A DNA stretch of 64,000 nucleotides. Source: Candidatus Latescibacterota bacterium (GTDB lineage Bacteria; Latescibacterota; UBA2968). Shown in pieces: positions 48,577-58,930 of the stretch; within the stretch, counting starts at the first letter, position 1; every line of letters begins with the position of its first letter. The stretch lies in NCBI GenBank assembly GCA_965222605.1, contig OZ244960.1, positions 4,192,001 through 4,256,000 on the forward strand, read 5' to 3'. The notes under the pieces were generated by a model. It was not told the origin of the DNA, searched no databases, and saw nothing but the letters and a program-made list of their open reading frames with translations. A program made the translations under genes and the position numbers.

Positions 48577-48611
48577 ACGGGATGTAATCTTTCGCTGACG
48601 CCCAGACCTGA

Positions 48612-49412
48612 TCATTCCTCAAGCGTTGGACGATTTAGCCGCGTGTGATAGGGCGGTTCCATGACCGCGCGGTGTCGTTCGTTTGCCCATTCGGGTGTGT
48701 CGTAGGCGCGTACATACGCCATGTTGCCGGCGGTGTAGCGGGTGAGCGTTGACCGGCGGGGATGGTCTGCTGTCCAGGGCAGGGTGCCGTGTGTGACGGC
48801 TTCGGTGAAGATGATTGCGTCACCAGCCTTACATGTGATTTGGCGAATGTGCTCACGATGTTTCTGGTAGAGACGCATGTCTTGCGGACAGAGATAATTG
48901 CTTTTGTGCGATCCGGGAATGAGGGAGAGACCACCATCGCCTGGGTTGACATCGGTGAGCTGGATGGAGACGACGGTGAGGCCGTTGTGCATTTTGCCGT
49001 TTTTGAAAATATAATACTGGTTGGGGTCAAATCCGGGGCCAGAGGAGCCGTGGAAGCGAAAGCCTTCAGCCCCTTTGTCCATCCAGAGCAGCAACATCTG
49101 GTGATCGATGCGAAAGCCTTTGCCGAGCATTTCGTTGAGATAGGGCACAATGCGAGGGTGCGCCAGCATGTCGCGGAAGGGGTTGCACCAGGGTTCGTCC
49201 CAGTGGATGAGGCTACCCAGTTCGCCGCGACCATGCGTGCCTTCAAGGGCTGGTGAGTTGCCATCAAGACGCTGTTCTCTCGGGCGAATACGCCCTTTGT
49301 CGAGGTGGCGATCAACCGCTTCGTTTGCCAGGGCGAGTTCGTTTTCGGTCAAGACGTTTTCAACGACGAGATATCCGTTGAGGTCAAAGAGATATTTTTC
49401 GTCTTCGGTCAT
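48612..49412 (-). CDS. PhyH-family Fe/2OG dioxygenase (HxS variant)
   Basis: MTEDEKYLFDLNGYL, FHGSSG, GGLSLIPGSHKS, KAGDAIIFTEAVTHGTLPW. Confidence 0.82.
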   Translation of the reverse strand: MTEDEKYLFDLNGYLVVENVLTENELALANEAVDRHLDKGRIRPREQRLDGNSPALEGTHGRGELGSLIHWDEPWCNPFRDMLAHPRIVPYLNEMLGKGFRIDHQMLLLWMDKGAEGFRFHGSSGPGFDPNQYYIFKNGKMHNGLTVVSIQLTDVNPGDGGLSLIPGSHKSNYLCPQDMRLYQKHREHIRQITCKAGDAIIFTEAVTHGTLPWTADHPRRSTLTRYTAGNMAYVRAYDTPEWANERHRAVMEPPYHTRLNRPTLEE

Positions 49413-49438
49413 GGTGTTAGATTTCTTGTTTGGGGTTT

Positions 49439-50884
49439 TTAATTTATCAGACCCGCATACGCTTCTCGCCCTTGTCGGAAGAGGTCTTTGACTTCTTCGC
49501 GTTGCTGGTCGGTGTTGTAGCGGCCATAGGTGTCGATCCATTTGAGCGCGTCTTCGATGCCGTTGAGAAAATACTGTGCGGATTCGTTGCGCTCGGCAGG
49601 TGGGCGGCCGCAGGCAAAATAAACCGGGCTGCTGTGTGCGTAGATCGATTGGTCGAAGCTGTCGCGCTGGTTGCCCCAGATCCGGGCGGCGATCCAGCCG
49701 TCGCGGTCGATATTTACCCGATGGCGAATGGCGCCTTCGCGTTTGCCTTCGGGATAGTTTTCCCTGTGGATGATGCGGCCATTCATCGCGATTTCGGCGC
49801 AGTGAATGGGGTAAAAGGATGTGAACGTGGATTCTATGTCGAGCGCGCCGCCAGAGGGCAATTCGACCGTGGCGCCCATGGGTTGATCGTTTACGTTCAG
49901 GTCAATGGCGGGACCATTGGTGATAAAGGTGTTGCCCGATTTCATGCCGGAAATCCAGTTTTCGTAGGAGAACGCGCCTTTGGTGTTGACATAGACGCGG
50001 TTGTTGGAGCAGACGAACCAGTCGGTGCCGGTGGAGGCGGGCAAGGCGATGCCGCAATTGAGCAGTTTGTACCACAGGTCGTATTCGGGGTCCATCCAGA
50101 AGGGATCGAATAGGTTGAAGGCGTCCAATTTACCCAGTGCTGCGGCAATGGGGGCTTCCATGCCGCGACCGTTGTGACACCATATCACGATGCCACCTTG
50201 ATCGCGGGCTTCGTCGCAGCAAAAGCATAGCGGGGGATAGTCGGGGTCGAATTGCGCGGTGAGGATGTGGCCGCGGCTGACGGGTTGGATGAGGTTGCGG
50301 ATGTTGAGGAACATGACGTGCCCGTATCCAAACCCCCAGGGCGAGTTTTCGCCGTAGTGGCGGTTTTCTTCGCCGATGTCGAGTACGTGATGTGCGGTGG
50401 TAAATTCGTTCATCACGCCGATGGGATATTTGTTGCTGGCGTAGGGGAGTTGTCTTCTGTCGAGGACGCTTACGACGGTGACGTTGTAGCCTTCCACGCT
50501 ACAGTCAACGGATAGACGGTCGTCGGGGCGGGTTTCTTTTTCGTCGTAGTGGATGTGCGTGTTGCCCGGATACCAGTTGTTTTCCTGTGGGATATACCAG
50601 CGGTTGAGGGTGATTTCGACGTCTTTGACGCCGTTTTCCGGCATTTCGACTACGGTGCGGATGGGTTCGTATTCCGTGCCGCGTTCGACCAATATGTCGG
50701 TGCGCCCGCGTGAGGCTTGAACTTCAAATTCGCCATCGCAGAAGAAGAAGGGCGTGCCGGGTCCGCGTTTGAGCATGGCATCGCGCGGGTGGCAAAAACG
50801 ACCGTTGGCGGTCAGGACGTGTACTTTGGCGTTGATGTGTTCGCCTGTCGCGCTGTCGATAATATGTCCGTGCAGGGTGCCCAT
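49439..50884 (-). CDS. CehA/McbA-family (PHP-like) metallohydrolase
   Basis: ERGTEY, WYPGNTHIH, GEENRH, GHV, WCHN, WYKLLNCG..ASTGTD, TFITNGP, AHSSPVY. Confidence 0.75.
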   Translation of the reverse strand: MGTLHGHIIDSATGEHINAKVHVLTANGRFCHPRDAMLKRGPGTPFFFCDGEFEVQASRGRTDILVERGTEYEPIRTVVEMPENGVKDVEITLNRWYIPQENNWYPGNTHIHYDEKETRPDDRLSVDCSVEGYNVTVVSVLDRRQLPYASNKYPIGVMNEFTTAHHVLDIGEENRHYGENSPWGFGYGHVMFLNIRNLIQPVSRGHILTAQFDPDYPPLCFCCDEARDQGGIVIWCHNGRGMEAPIAAALGKLDAFNLFDPFWMDPEYDLWYKLLNCGIALPASTGTDWFVCSNNRVYVNTKGAFSYENWISGMKSGNTFITNGPAIDLNVNDQPMGATVELPSGGALDIESTFTSFYPIHCAEIAMNGRIIHRENYPEGKREGAIRHRVNIDRDGWIAARIWGNQRDSFDQSIYAHSSPVYFACGRPPAERNESAQYFLNGIEDALKWIDTYGRYNTDQQREEVKDLFRQGREAYAGLIN

Positions 50885-50928
50885 AGATAACTCCCGGTTT
50901 GGGTGACTGCCTGCTTTTTTGGGGGCGT

Positions 50929-51351
50929 TTACTCCAAATTGAGCTTGTCTGCAAATGCCAGCATTTTTGCTTCAACCTCCTGGGCAATCGGTTGTAGTGT
51001 TTCCTGATCGATCTCGATCTGCTGAATTCTTTCATCCGTATTTGTCGTGAGACAAAAACGCAGGTTGTGTGTCAGGTCGTGCATCGCTTGCCCAATATGG
51101 TCTCGAACCGTTCCGGGGCGGTACATCCACTGCCTTGCCCGGGTCTGTTTCAAGTTGATGTGGCAATGGCCTTTCCCTCCGTGTTTTTTTGCCTCTCCAA
51201 AGCAGTCCAGACGCAAAACCTCCTGATTATAAGCATACACAGATGCTGCGGGACCGTAACCGGCGCGGTCATCCCGCCAATAGACGTCCAGTCGCACATC
51301 GTCTTGTATCGGATATGTAACCCGATCTTGTCTGCCTGGTTGTGTATCCAT
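50929..51351 (-). CDS. hypothetical protein
   Basis: 140-aa ORF in operon context with RBS; EVLRLDCF..GHCH. Confidence 0.6.
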   Translation of the reverse strand: MDTQPGRQDRVTYPIQDDVRLDVYWRDDRAGYGPAASVYAYNQEVLRLDCFGEAKKHGGKGHCHINLKQTRARQWMYRPGTVRDHIGQAMHDLTHNLRFCLTTNTDERIQQIEIDQETLQPIAQEVEAKMLAFADKLNLE

Positions 51352-51610
51352 GTCATTTCCCCTTTATTGTGGCCTGTTAGGGCCTGTGAGCAGCTTCGTG
51401 GATGGCGTATTTAGCACAAGTTAGGTTTTAGGCAGAACGGCGTAGTTCAGGAAGTGATTGCCTGTTCTGATAGTTTGCCGATATTTTTTATTTTTACTTT
51501 GAAAGCCATGGCAGGTTTGATTGATAAGTTGAATACACGCTTTATGGTGTTTGTTCAGGATATTGCCAAAATTCCATAAAGTTAAGATACATATCTTAGG
51601 ATAAAAAGAA

Positions 51611-51649
51611 AAGCCCCGCTTTTACCATTGTTTTTTGTGGCGGGGCGTT
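51611..51649. terminator. hairpin downstream of the 51667-53244 gene
   Basis: AAGCCCCGC ... GCGGGGCGTT inverted repeat with an A-run on the left (U-tract on the minus strand). Confidence 0.4.
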
Positions 51650-51666
51650 CTGTATTTGTCCGCAGG

Positions 51667-53244
51667 CTATTGGTCGCCTGCTTGGGAATGGACTCGAATC
51701 CCGCATTCTATGTGATCTACGATGATATCTCCGTCAATATTTTTTACAGATTCGATGGTCAGGCCCAGATGGTTGTCGCCATAAATAAATGGCGGGTTTG
51801 ATAGCGCGATTGTACACGATGGGGGTTGGTCGTCATCGGGCCAGGTCCAGGTCAAATTTTGAGATGGGATTTTTGTGCCGTTGATGTCAACAGTGAGCGC
51901 GTCGTCTTTTGATAAGCCCTGAGCGAAGAAAGTCAGGGCATTTTCTGAGGGAACGGGTTCTGCGGGGAGATTTTCACACAGGCGAAATCTGAAGGTTTCT
52001 CGTTGTCCCGTTTTTTGGCGGGGGAGGACAAGTTCTTCTTTTTCATAGACCTCGCCCAAACTTTTGCTATTTGCCCAGAGGGAACGGAACGTATAGTGTC
52101 GATCTAGGCCGATGCTTTGCGGGTCTTTTAATTCTTTGAGGTCGTTCATCGCCGCTGGATACATTGCGGGGTTTTGTGCGCCATTCTTTTCGGGGGGTTC
52201 AAACTGAGGTCCCCAATGGAAGAAGTAATTTTGGGTCGAGAATCCGTCGGCACCTGCGGCGTAGAAGTTTTGCAATGCTGCGCGGTATTGGGGCATGTCC
52301 ATGAGAAATTCTGTATCGATACTGAGTCTGGGTTGTACCTGGGGATAGACATAACAGTTGTGTTGCCGAGCTATTGATACAAAGTCTTCGTATTTTTCGT
52401 TGAAGTCGGTAAATCCAAAATCCCCAGGCGCAACATAGTCGATCAGGCCCTCTTTGATCCAGGCGGGTACGTCTAAGCTCAGCTTTTTACAGCCCGCCAT
52501 TTGCTGGGGTACGCGAACGCCGAGGATGAGGTTCCGCTCTCTGCCTGTTGGGGAATGGGCATTGTCCAGCATATTGCGGACTTGTCGAATAAAGCCGGTC
52601 ATGGTGCTGTGGCTGTGTGCCAGTTCAGCTTTGGGAAAACATTCTGCGAGGCGCGTAAAATTAAATTCCATGCCGTCGATGTCGAAGCGATTGGCGGCTT
52701 CTTCCATGATGGCGAGCAGATAAGCGCGCACTTCTGGTATGGCGTAGTTTAAAGAGCATCCGTATTTGCGGCTTTCGGGTGGCGCGCGTCTGGTGGAGGG
52801 TTTGTATTCTCTGAGTACCCATTCGGGTTTTTCGTCGCAGAGTTTCTTGAAAAATTCTGTGTGGTGGCCGTGGCGGTCGTTCATTCGGAAACCAGCGATA
52901 AATTCCATGTCTTGCTTATGGCATTCGTCGATGTAGATTTCGACGGGCATGATGCCCGTGTCCATTATGGGTACCAGGCGCTGGTGTTGATACCGGATGT
53001 CGTAGGGGCATTTGTCGGTTCGCCAGAACATGGTCATTGCTTCGGCGAAGATTTCCTGTACGAGGGTGTCGATACTTCCCGCAGAGGCGTAATTGCGAAC
53101 GATCTGACGCAGTTCTTCGGGTTGAGCCGCCGGGACGCTGAGGTGGCTGGTGGTGTTTGATGGGTCGCTGACGTAGATGAGACGGCGTGTACCACGGGGT
53201 TGCAAGCGGCCCAGGTGTGGAGATGATGTTTGTGAAGTTGGCAT
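51667..53244 (-). CDS. glycoside-hydrolase-like TIM-barrel protein (GHL10-like)
   Basis: FRMNDRH, LNYAIPEVR, FDIDGMEFNFTR, DVPAWIKEGLIDYV, GADGFSTQNY. Confidence 0.6.
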   Translation of the reverse strand: MPTSQTSSPHLGRLQPRGTRRLIYVSDPSNTTSHLSVPAAQPEELRQIVRNYASAGSIDTLVQEIFAEAMTMFWRTDKCPYDIRYQHQRLVPIMDTGIMPVEIYIDECHKQDMEFIAGFRMNDRHGHHTEFFKKLCDEKPEWVLREYKPSTRRAPPESRKYGCSLNYAIPEVRAYLLAIMEEAANRFDIDGMEFNFTRLAECFPKAELAHSHSTMTGFIRQVRNMLDNAHSPTGRERNLILGVRVPQQMAGCKKLSLDVPAWIKEGLIDYVAPGDFGFTDFNEKYEDFVSIARQHNCYVYPQVQPRLSIDTEFLMDMPQYRAALQNFYAAGADGFSTQNYFFHWGPQFEPPEKNGAQNPAMYPAAMNDLKELKDPQSIGLDRHYTFRSLWANSKSLGEVYEKEELVLPRQKTGQRETFRFRLCENLPAEPVPSENALTFFAQGLSKDDALTVDINGTKIPSQNLTWTWPDDDQPPSCTIALSNPPFIYGDNHLGLTIESVKNIDGDIIVDHIECGIRVHSQAGDQ

Positions 53245-53265
53245 TTGGTCCGTCCTTGTTCGCGT

Positions 53266-53706
53266 TTATGGCAGGGCTGTGTGTTGCGGTTGTGCGCCGT
53301 TGGGCAGTGGGGGAACGTCAATGCTGGCTTTTGGCAGGGTACCGGTCATTTCCTGCTGCGGGTGTGCAACAAAGCCAGCGGCACAGCAGTAGATCATTTT
53401 CAGGGGTACGTCGCCCGTGTTGGTGAGTTGATGATATTCTCCCGGGGGAATGTACACGGCCTGACCGGCTTTCAGGGTTTGTCTTTCGGTGCCGAGGCAC
53501 ATTTCGCCTTTGCCTTCGATTACAAAGTAGATTTCTTCCTGTGCTTGATTGTGCCATGGCACCTGTCCTCTGTTGGGTTCAAAGGTGACGAATCCAACGG
53601 AGAATTTTTCTGTGGGTATGGGGGTGCCAGCACCTGCAAATGGCTGTGTTCTTCTGCGTGCGGGAAATTGTCGGCCTTCAATCTCGCGCAGGTCTGAGAT
53701 GATCAT
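53266..53706 (-). CDS. cupin-2 domain protein
   Basis: VPWHNQAQEEIYFVIEGKG..GQAVYIPPGEYHQLTNTG. Confidence 0.85.
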   Translation of the reverse strand: MIISDLREIEGRQFPARRRTQPFAGAGTPIPTEKFSVGFVTFEPNRGQVPWHNQAQEEIYFVIEGKGEMCLGTERQTLKAGQAVYIPPGEYHQLTNTGDVPLKMIYCCAAGFVAHPQQEMTGTLPKASIDVPPLPNGAQPQHTALP

Positions 53707-53717
53707 GTCGGGGTCCT

Positions 53718-54308
53718 TTAATCGGCAGCGACTGTTTCGCGGGTTTTCATTCTTTCGCGTTCTTCGATGAGCAGGTTCATCCAGTGTTTCATGTACTGCC
53801 CGTGGTCGTTCCACACGCGGCCACTGATCAAATTGCCATCGATGACACACGGTTCATCGACGAAGATGCCGCCGCAGACTTCGAGGTCAAATTGGCATTT
53901 CCAAACGCAGGCCATGCGTCGTCCTTTGACTACGCCTGCGCGACATGGGATTTCAACGCCGTGGCAGACGCTGGCAACGGGTTTGTTGTGTTCAAAGAAA
54001 TAGCGCGTGATGCGAATGAGGTCGGGGTCGTCGCGGATGTATTCGGGGGCGCGGCCGCCAGAGAAGAAGATGCCGACGTATTCGGATGGGTCGATGTCCC
54101 GAAAGGCGATGTCGGCATTGATTGAATACCCTTTCCATTCTTCGGTGATGTCCCAGCCGGGGGAGATTTCGTGGAGTACCATTTGATAGCGCCGCTTATC
54201 TGGCCCGGCGACAACGGGGGTAAATCCGTCTTCCTGTATCCTGAGAAATGGATATAGCGTATCGACGGTTTCTGTGGCGTCTCCAACGATGATGAGAACT
54301 TTGTCCAT
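53718..54308 (-). CDS. DJ-1/PfpI family protein
   Basis: GGRAPEYIR, VASVCHG, VIDGNLISGR. Confidence 0.88.
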   Translation of the reverse strand: MDKVLIIVGDATETVDTLYPFLRIQEDGFTPVVAGPDKRRYQMVLHEISPGWDITEEWKGYSINADIAFRDIDPSEYVGIFFSGGRAPEYIRDDPDLIRITRYFFEHNKPVASVCHGVEIPCRAGVVKGRRMACVWKCQFDLEVCGGIFVDEPCVIDGNLISGRVWNDHGQYMKHWMNLLIEERERMKTRETVAAD

Positions 54309-54335
54309 GACGGTCTCCTTCGAAAGGTGATGGGT

Positions 54336-55328
54336 TTATATATCGACGAGGATGGTCTTATGCTCCTGGGCAGATCGCACGATGGCGTCGGCGGTTGCGA
54401 CATATCTTCGCCCCTGTTCGGGTGTGACGATTAGAGAGGCTTCGCCTCTGATGGCGGAGAAGATATTTCGATAAAAGGGACGGCTCTGCAAGTGAAATTC
54501 GGGTGGGTCTGGAATTTTTCGTATTTCCGTTTCTTTTCCGTCCATTCTTTTGTGTAGCCAGTGTCCCTGTTTTTCATCGATCATGACCATGAGGTCGCCT
54601 TTTTTGCAGGCGATGTGAAAACGGGGAAATGCTTTCAGTCTGTTTCCCTTGCTCATTTCGACCAGAGCGGTGGAGCCATCGGAAAATGTGAGATAGCTGT
54701 TGAAGTAGTCGTGTTCGTGTACAATGGATTTCAAAATACCGGATACATGGATGGGGCCTGAGGGAGCCAGCATGAGAATCTGGTCCAGCAGGTGGGGGCC
54801 GAAAGACATGAAGGGCGCACTGCCCGTGAATTTTTTTGATCCCGCCCATGTCTTCTTCCAGGGGCCGCCCAGATGTCTGGATTGGATCATCAGGGGTTTT
54901 CCGATATGTCCTTCGTTGAGGATGCGTTTGAGTTCGAGATAATCGGGGTCCCAGCGGCGGTTTTGATGGGTTGTGACGACGAGTCCGTTTTTTTGGGCTA
55001 TTTGCAACATGTACTCGGTTTCCGAAAGGCTGAAAGACATGGGTTTTTCAATGACCACATTTTTGCCGGCTTCCAGAACGCGCACACCTGTGGGGCCGTG
55101 CAGGTAGTTGGGCAATGCCACGACAGCCATTTGCAGACCTGGATGCGCGAGAAATTCGTCGATGTCGCGATAGCCCTCACAGCCGTATTCGCTTTTGGCA
55201 TGTGCGAGGCGTTCTTCTCGGGTGTCGCAAACCGCAATCAATTCGCATTCTTCCATTCCCGATAAACACGGGGCATGCAGGTTTTCCGCAATTGCTCCCC
55301 AACCGATGATTCCAGTGCCAATACGCAT
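54336..55328 (-). CDS. Gfo/Idh/MocA family oxidoreductase
   Basis: GIIGWGAIA, LPNYLH, VVIEKPM, HQNRRWDPD, GPHLLDQ. Confidence 0.85.
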   Translation of the reverse strand: MRIGTGIIGWGAIAENLHAPCLSGMEECELIAVCDTREERLAHAKSEYGCEGYRDIDEFLAHPGLQMAVVALPNYLHGPTGVRVLEAGKNVVIEKPMSFSLSETEYMLQIAQKNGLVVTTHQNRRWDPDYLELKRILNEGHIGKPLMIQSRHLGGPWKKTWAGSKKFTGSAPFMSFGPHLLDQILMLAPSGPIHVSGILKSIVHEHDYFNSYLTFSDGSTALVEMSKGNRLKAFPRFHIACKKGDLMVMIDEKQGHWLHKRMDGKETEIRKIPDPPEFHLQSRPFYRNIFSAIRGEASLIVTPEQGRRYVATADAIVRSAQEHKTILVDI

Positions 55329-55499
55329 GGTTGCCTCTGAATTTGTGATTTTGTGGGATTCCTATTTGTAAATCTATCTTAGACCTCTTGTTTGTTCTAT
55401 TTAGAGATTATGGGAAAGGTGCAAGTAAATTAGTCCCTTTACAATAGAAATCAAATGATTTTTATAGCAATGTTTTGGCATATCTTGCACCAAAAAAAT

Positions 55500-55577
55500 A
55501 AGCGACCAGGGGCAAAAAGCCCAGGGTCGCTTAAAATATAAGATAAACACAGTGCCTGCCAAATGGCAAGCACTGTG
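55500..55577. terminator. two tandem hairpins downstream of ino1
   Basis: AAGCGACC-AGGGGC..GCCC-AGGGTCGCTT and CACAGTGCCTGCC-AAAT-GGCAAGCACTGTG. Confidence 0.55.
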
Positions 55578-55590
55578 CGGGAGAGAGGTT

Positions 55591-56676
55591 TTACTCTTTT
55601 ATGCCGTACTGGCGAATAAAATCGCTTGTCATTTCACGGGCCTGGTCGTCGCTAAATTGTTTGGGCGGCGATTTCATCAGGTAAGACGATGGTCCCATCA
55701 AGGGACCTTTGAGGCCGTGGTTAAGGGCGAGTTTGCAGAGTCTGACTGCGTCGACGACCACGCCTGCTGAGTTCGGTGAGTCCCAGACTTCGAGTTTGAG
55801 TTCCAAATTGAGTGGCACGCCACCAAAGGTTTCGCCTTCCATGCGGATATGACACCATTTGCGGTCTTCCAGCCAGGGGATGTAGTCGCTGGGACCAACG
55901 TGGATATTGTCTTCGCCCAGGTCGTAGTCGAGTTGAGAGGTGACGGCCTGTGTTTTGGAGATTTTTTTCGATTCTAAGCGTTCGCGCTCGAGCATGTTGT
56001 AAAAGTCGGTGTTGCCGCCAAAATTGAGTTGATACGTTTTGCTGAGTTTGACGCCGCGTTCGCGGAACAGGCGGGTGAGCACGCGGTGAGTGATGGTGGC
56101 GCCGACCTGTGATTTGATGTCGTCGCCGATGAGGGGCAGGCCGCGTTTTTCAAAGCGCTCGGGCCAGTGCCCGGCACTGGCGATAAAGACGGGCATGCAG
56201 TTGACGAAGGCACATCCGGCTTGAAGGATTTGTTCCACATACCACTTGGTGGCCTGTTCGCTGCCCACGGGAAGGTAATTGACGACGACATCGGTGCGCG
56301 TGGCTTTGAGGACTTCGGCAATGTCAACGGTGTCGCCTTCGGCTTTTGTGATGACTTGATTGAGGTATTTGCCCAGGCCATCGTGGGTCATGCCGCGGTA
56401 AACGGGAACGTCGAGGTGGGGGACATCGGCAAATTTGATGGTGTTGTTGGGATGCGCAAAGATGGCTTCGCTCAAGTCTTTGCCCACTTTTTTCGCATTG
56501 ATGTCAAAGGCAGCAGAAAATTCAATGTCGCGGATGTGATAGCCGCCCAGGTTGGGGTGCATCAATCCGGGGATGAACTCATCCTCAGAAGCGTTCTTGT
56601 AGTATTCGACGCCCTGTACGAGCGAGGATGCACAGTTGCCTGCGCCGATGATGGCGACTCGGACTTTGGAGGACAT
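55591..56676 (-). CDS. ino1: myo-inositol-1-phosphate synthase
   Basis: [70 protein letters not shown]. Confidence 0.93.
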   Translation of the reverse strand: MSSKVRVAIIGAGNCASSLVQGVEYYKNASEDEFIPGLMHPNLGGYHIRDIEFSAAFDINAKKVGKDLSEAIFAHPNNTIKFADVPHLDVPVYRGMTHDGLGKYLNQVITKAEGDTVDIAEVLKATRTDVVVNYLPVGSEQATKWYVEQILQAGCAFVNCMPVFIASAGHWPERFEKRGLPLIGDDIKSQVGATITHRVLTRLFRERGVKLSKTYQLNFGGNTDFYNMLERERLESKKISKTQAVTSQLDYDLGEDNIHVGPSDYIPWLEDRKWCHIRMEGETFGGVPLNLELKLEVWDSPNSAGVVVDAVRLCKLALNHGLKGPLMGPSSYLMKSPPKQFSDDQAREMTSDFIRQYGIKE

Positions 56677-56772
56677 GGTGCTTCTCCTTAAAGAGAAAGG
56701 TGTTTAAGGTATTGTCGGACAAAATGTCAGTGATTTTTACTTATTCGACAAATTAATAATTACTATATTATA

Positions 56773-56789
56773 TATAGATAAAATCTATA
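56773..56789. promoter_or_regulatory. LysR-type binding box (T-N11-A) in the divergent ino1/LysR intergenic region
   Basis: Perfect dyad TATAGAT-AAA-ATCTATA (ATAG-N7-CTAT), 27 nt before the LysR ATG. Confidence 0.55.
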
Positions 56790-56815
56790 GATTACATTCC
56801 GAATAGGAGCGAGAT

Positions 56816-57739
56816 ATGAATCTTTATCATTTGCGCTATTTTTTGTCTGTTGCCCAAACCGGGAGTTTTAGCCAGGCTGCACGGGAGATGCATGTGACAC
56901 AGCCAACGGTGAGTAGTGGTATTGCTGAGTTGGAAAAAACGATGGGTGTGAGGCTTTTTAACCGGGGAGGCAAGCGCGTGGCGCTGACAATGGAAGGGCG
57001 CACGCTGGTGAATTATGCGATGCAAATTCAGGATCTGGTCGAAGAGGTAGAAGACCACTTGCAGCGGCGCGATGTGTTGCCAGGGGAGGGGTTTCAGTTT
57101 GGCGCGATTGATGCGGCTGTGACGTATTTATTGCCGGATATTTTGAAGGATTATATGCGCGCTTATCCCAATGTTTCACTGTCTGCACAGGTGGCACCGT
57201 CGCGTTATCTGGTGGATGATCTGCTGATGAACCGCTCAGAGTTTGCGGTTATTTCTTTGCCTTATGATCATCCGCGTGTGGAGACGGTGTCGATTTATCG
57301 GGATTCTATGCCGCTTGTGGTGGGGGCATCTCATTCTTTTGCGGCGCGAAAAAGCGCGATTTTGCAAGAGGTTGTGCAAGAGCCGTTGATCCTGTTTCAC
57401 ACGGATTCCATATCGCGCAAAATTGTGGATGAGCGATTTGCCGAAGCAGGCGTGTCTCCCGGCGTGGTGATGGAGATGCGAAGTCCAGAGGCGATGCGAA
57501 AACTGGTGGAGGTCGGTGTTGGGATTTCGTTTCTGCCTATGCTAACTGTGCAGGATTCCCTGGATGCTGGGGCGTTAAAAATGGTGGATGTGGAGGGGGT
57601 GGCATTTAGCCGCGAGATCGGCGTGGCGTGGAGGCGAGGACGCTATTTTAGTGCGGCGATTCGCTATTTGATTGAGGCGATTTTTGAGGCATACCAGGGG
57701 CTGGAGGTCTGGCACAAGAAGGTGGGGATTGCAAAATGA
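56816..57739 (+). CDS. LysR family transcriptional regulator
   Basis: MNLYHLRYF..GSFSQAA..VTQPTVS..LEK..GVRLFNR HTH; substrate-binding domain (LVEVGVGISFLP). Confidence 0.92.
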   Translation: MNLYHLRYFLSVAQTGSFSQAAREMHVTQPTVSSGIAELEKTMGVRLFNRGGKRVALTMEGRTLVNYAMQIQDLVEEVEDHLQRRDVLPGEGFQFGAIDAAVTYLLPDILKDYMRAYPNVSLSAQVAPSRYLVDDLLMNRSEFAVISLPYDHPRVETVSIYRDSMPLVVGASHSFAARKSAILQEVVQEPLILFHTDSISRKIVDERFAEAGVSPGVVMEMRSPEAMRKLVEVGVGISFLPMLTVQDSLDAGALKMVDVEGVAFSREIGVAWRRGRYFSAAIRYLIEAIFEAYQGLEVWHKKVGIAK

Positions 57740-57744
57740 GTATG

Positions 57745-58914
57745 CTAAAACTTAAACGTTTTGCGTTCGGTTTGTTCAAGGGTTTGTGCGATGAGGGGGG
57801 CGAGGTCAAGCGTGGATTCGATTTCGCGGACTTTTTCCAAATTGGCACGCGTTTCGGGGTGTTTGGGTACAAAGACAGAGCAACAATCTTCGTAGGGTTC
57901 AATGGAGATTTGATATGTGCCGATGCGCCGTGCTTCGTTGATGATTTCTTCTTTGTTGTCACCGGCCAATGGGCGCAAGATGGGCAGTGGGGTCACTTCT
58001 TCGATGGCGCGCATGTTCGACAGGGTTTGCGAGGCGACCTGTCCGACATTTTCGCCTGTGACAAGTGCCTGGGCATCTACTTTTTCGGCTATAGCTTCTG
58101 CAATGCGCAACATGGCGCGGCGGTAGAGAATGACGCGGTAGCTCGCAGGTGCTTGCGTCATGATGTGGCGTTGAATTTCGACAAATGGCACCAGGTAGAG
58201 GTCAGACACATATTGATGCCGGGTGAGGAGTCGTACGAGGTCTTCGGTGTTGCGCTGGGAATTGCGATTGGTATAAGGCTGGCTGTGAAAATGTACATAA
58301 GTGAGTTTGACACCGCGTTTCATAATTTTGTAAGAAGCCACGGGTGAGTCAATGCCCGAAGATAGGAGGCTTACGGCGCGTTCATTGGATCCGACGGGCA
58401 AACCCCCTGGGGCAGGGATTTTTTCGGCGTAGATAAATATGCGTTGTGGGGCAATTTCAATAAAACAAATGAGGTCTGGGTTGTCCATCAGGACGCGGGC
58501 ACCCGACAGGGTTTGAATATGCTTGCCCACATCCCGGTTGATTTGATCTGAATTGAGGGGAAAGGTTTTGTCGCCGCGTCTGGTGACAATTTTGAAGGAT
58601 TGAAAGTCGGCTTTTTGTGCAAGTATCCAGGCTGTTTCTCGAATGGCTTCGATATTGCGTTTGGCCACGACTGCTTCGGAAAAGTTGGCGATGCCAAAGA
58701 CTGTTGAGAGCCGTTCTCGGATTACATCTATCGGCGATTCTGAAGTGAGTGCGAGCATCATGCGGCCCGATAGACGCTCGAGCTTTCCACAGGGCACATC
58801 TTTGAGTGCGCGGTTGATGTTGATCATCAGACGCCGTTCAAATCTGCCCCGATTTTTGCCTTTGAGGCCAATTTCGTGATAGTGTATGAGCATGAAGCAG
58901 TTGTTGGTCATCAT
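57745..58914 (-). CDS. thiI: tRNA 4-thiouridine synthase (THUMP + PP-loop, no rhodanese domain)
   Basis: EIGLKGKNR, GGLPVG, LLSSGIDSPVA, TGENVGQVASQTL, ILRPL, EDCC. Confidence 0.93.
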   Translation of the reverse strand: MMTNNCFMLIHYHEIGLKGKNRGRFERRLMININRALKDVPCGKLERLSGRMMLALTSESPIDVIRERLSTVFGIANFSEAVVAKRNIEAIRETAWILAQKADFQSFKIVTRRGDKTFPLNSDQINRDVGKHIQTLSGARVLMDNPDLICFIEIAPQRIFIYAEKIPAPGGLPVGSNERAVSLLSSGIDSPVASYKIMKRGVKLTYVHFHSQPYTNRNSQRNTEDLVRLLTRHQYVSDLYLVPFVEIQRHIMTQAPASYRVILYRRAMLRIAEAIAEKVDAQALVTGENVGQVASQTLSNMRAIEEVTPLPILRPLAGDNKEEIINEARRIGTYQISIEPYEDCCSVFVPKHPETRANLEKVREIESTLDLAPLIAQTLEQTERKTFKF

Positions 58915-58930
58915 TTTTATATGAGATGGG

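Noticed and set aside
55476-55489. Sigma54 promoter TGGCATATCTTGCA
   Set aside because: GG-to-GC spacing is 8 nt rather than the required 10, and it points toward the 3' end of ino1.
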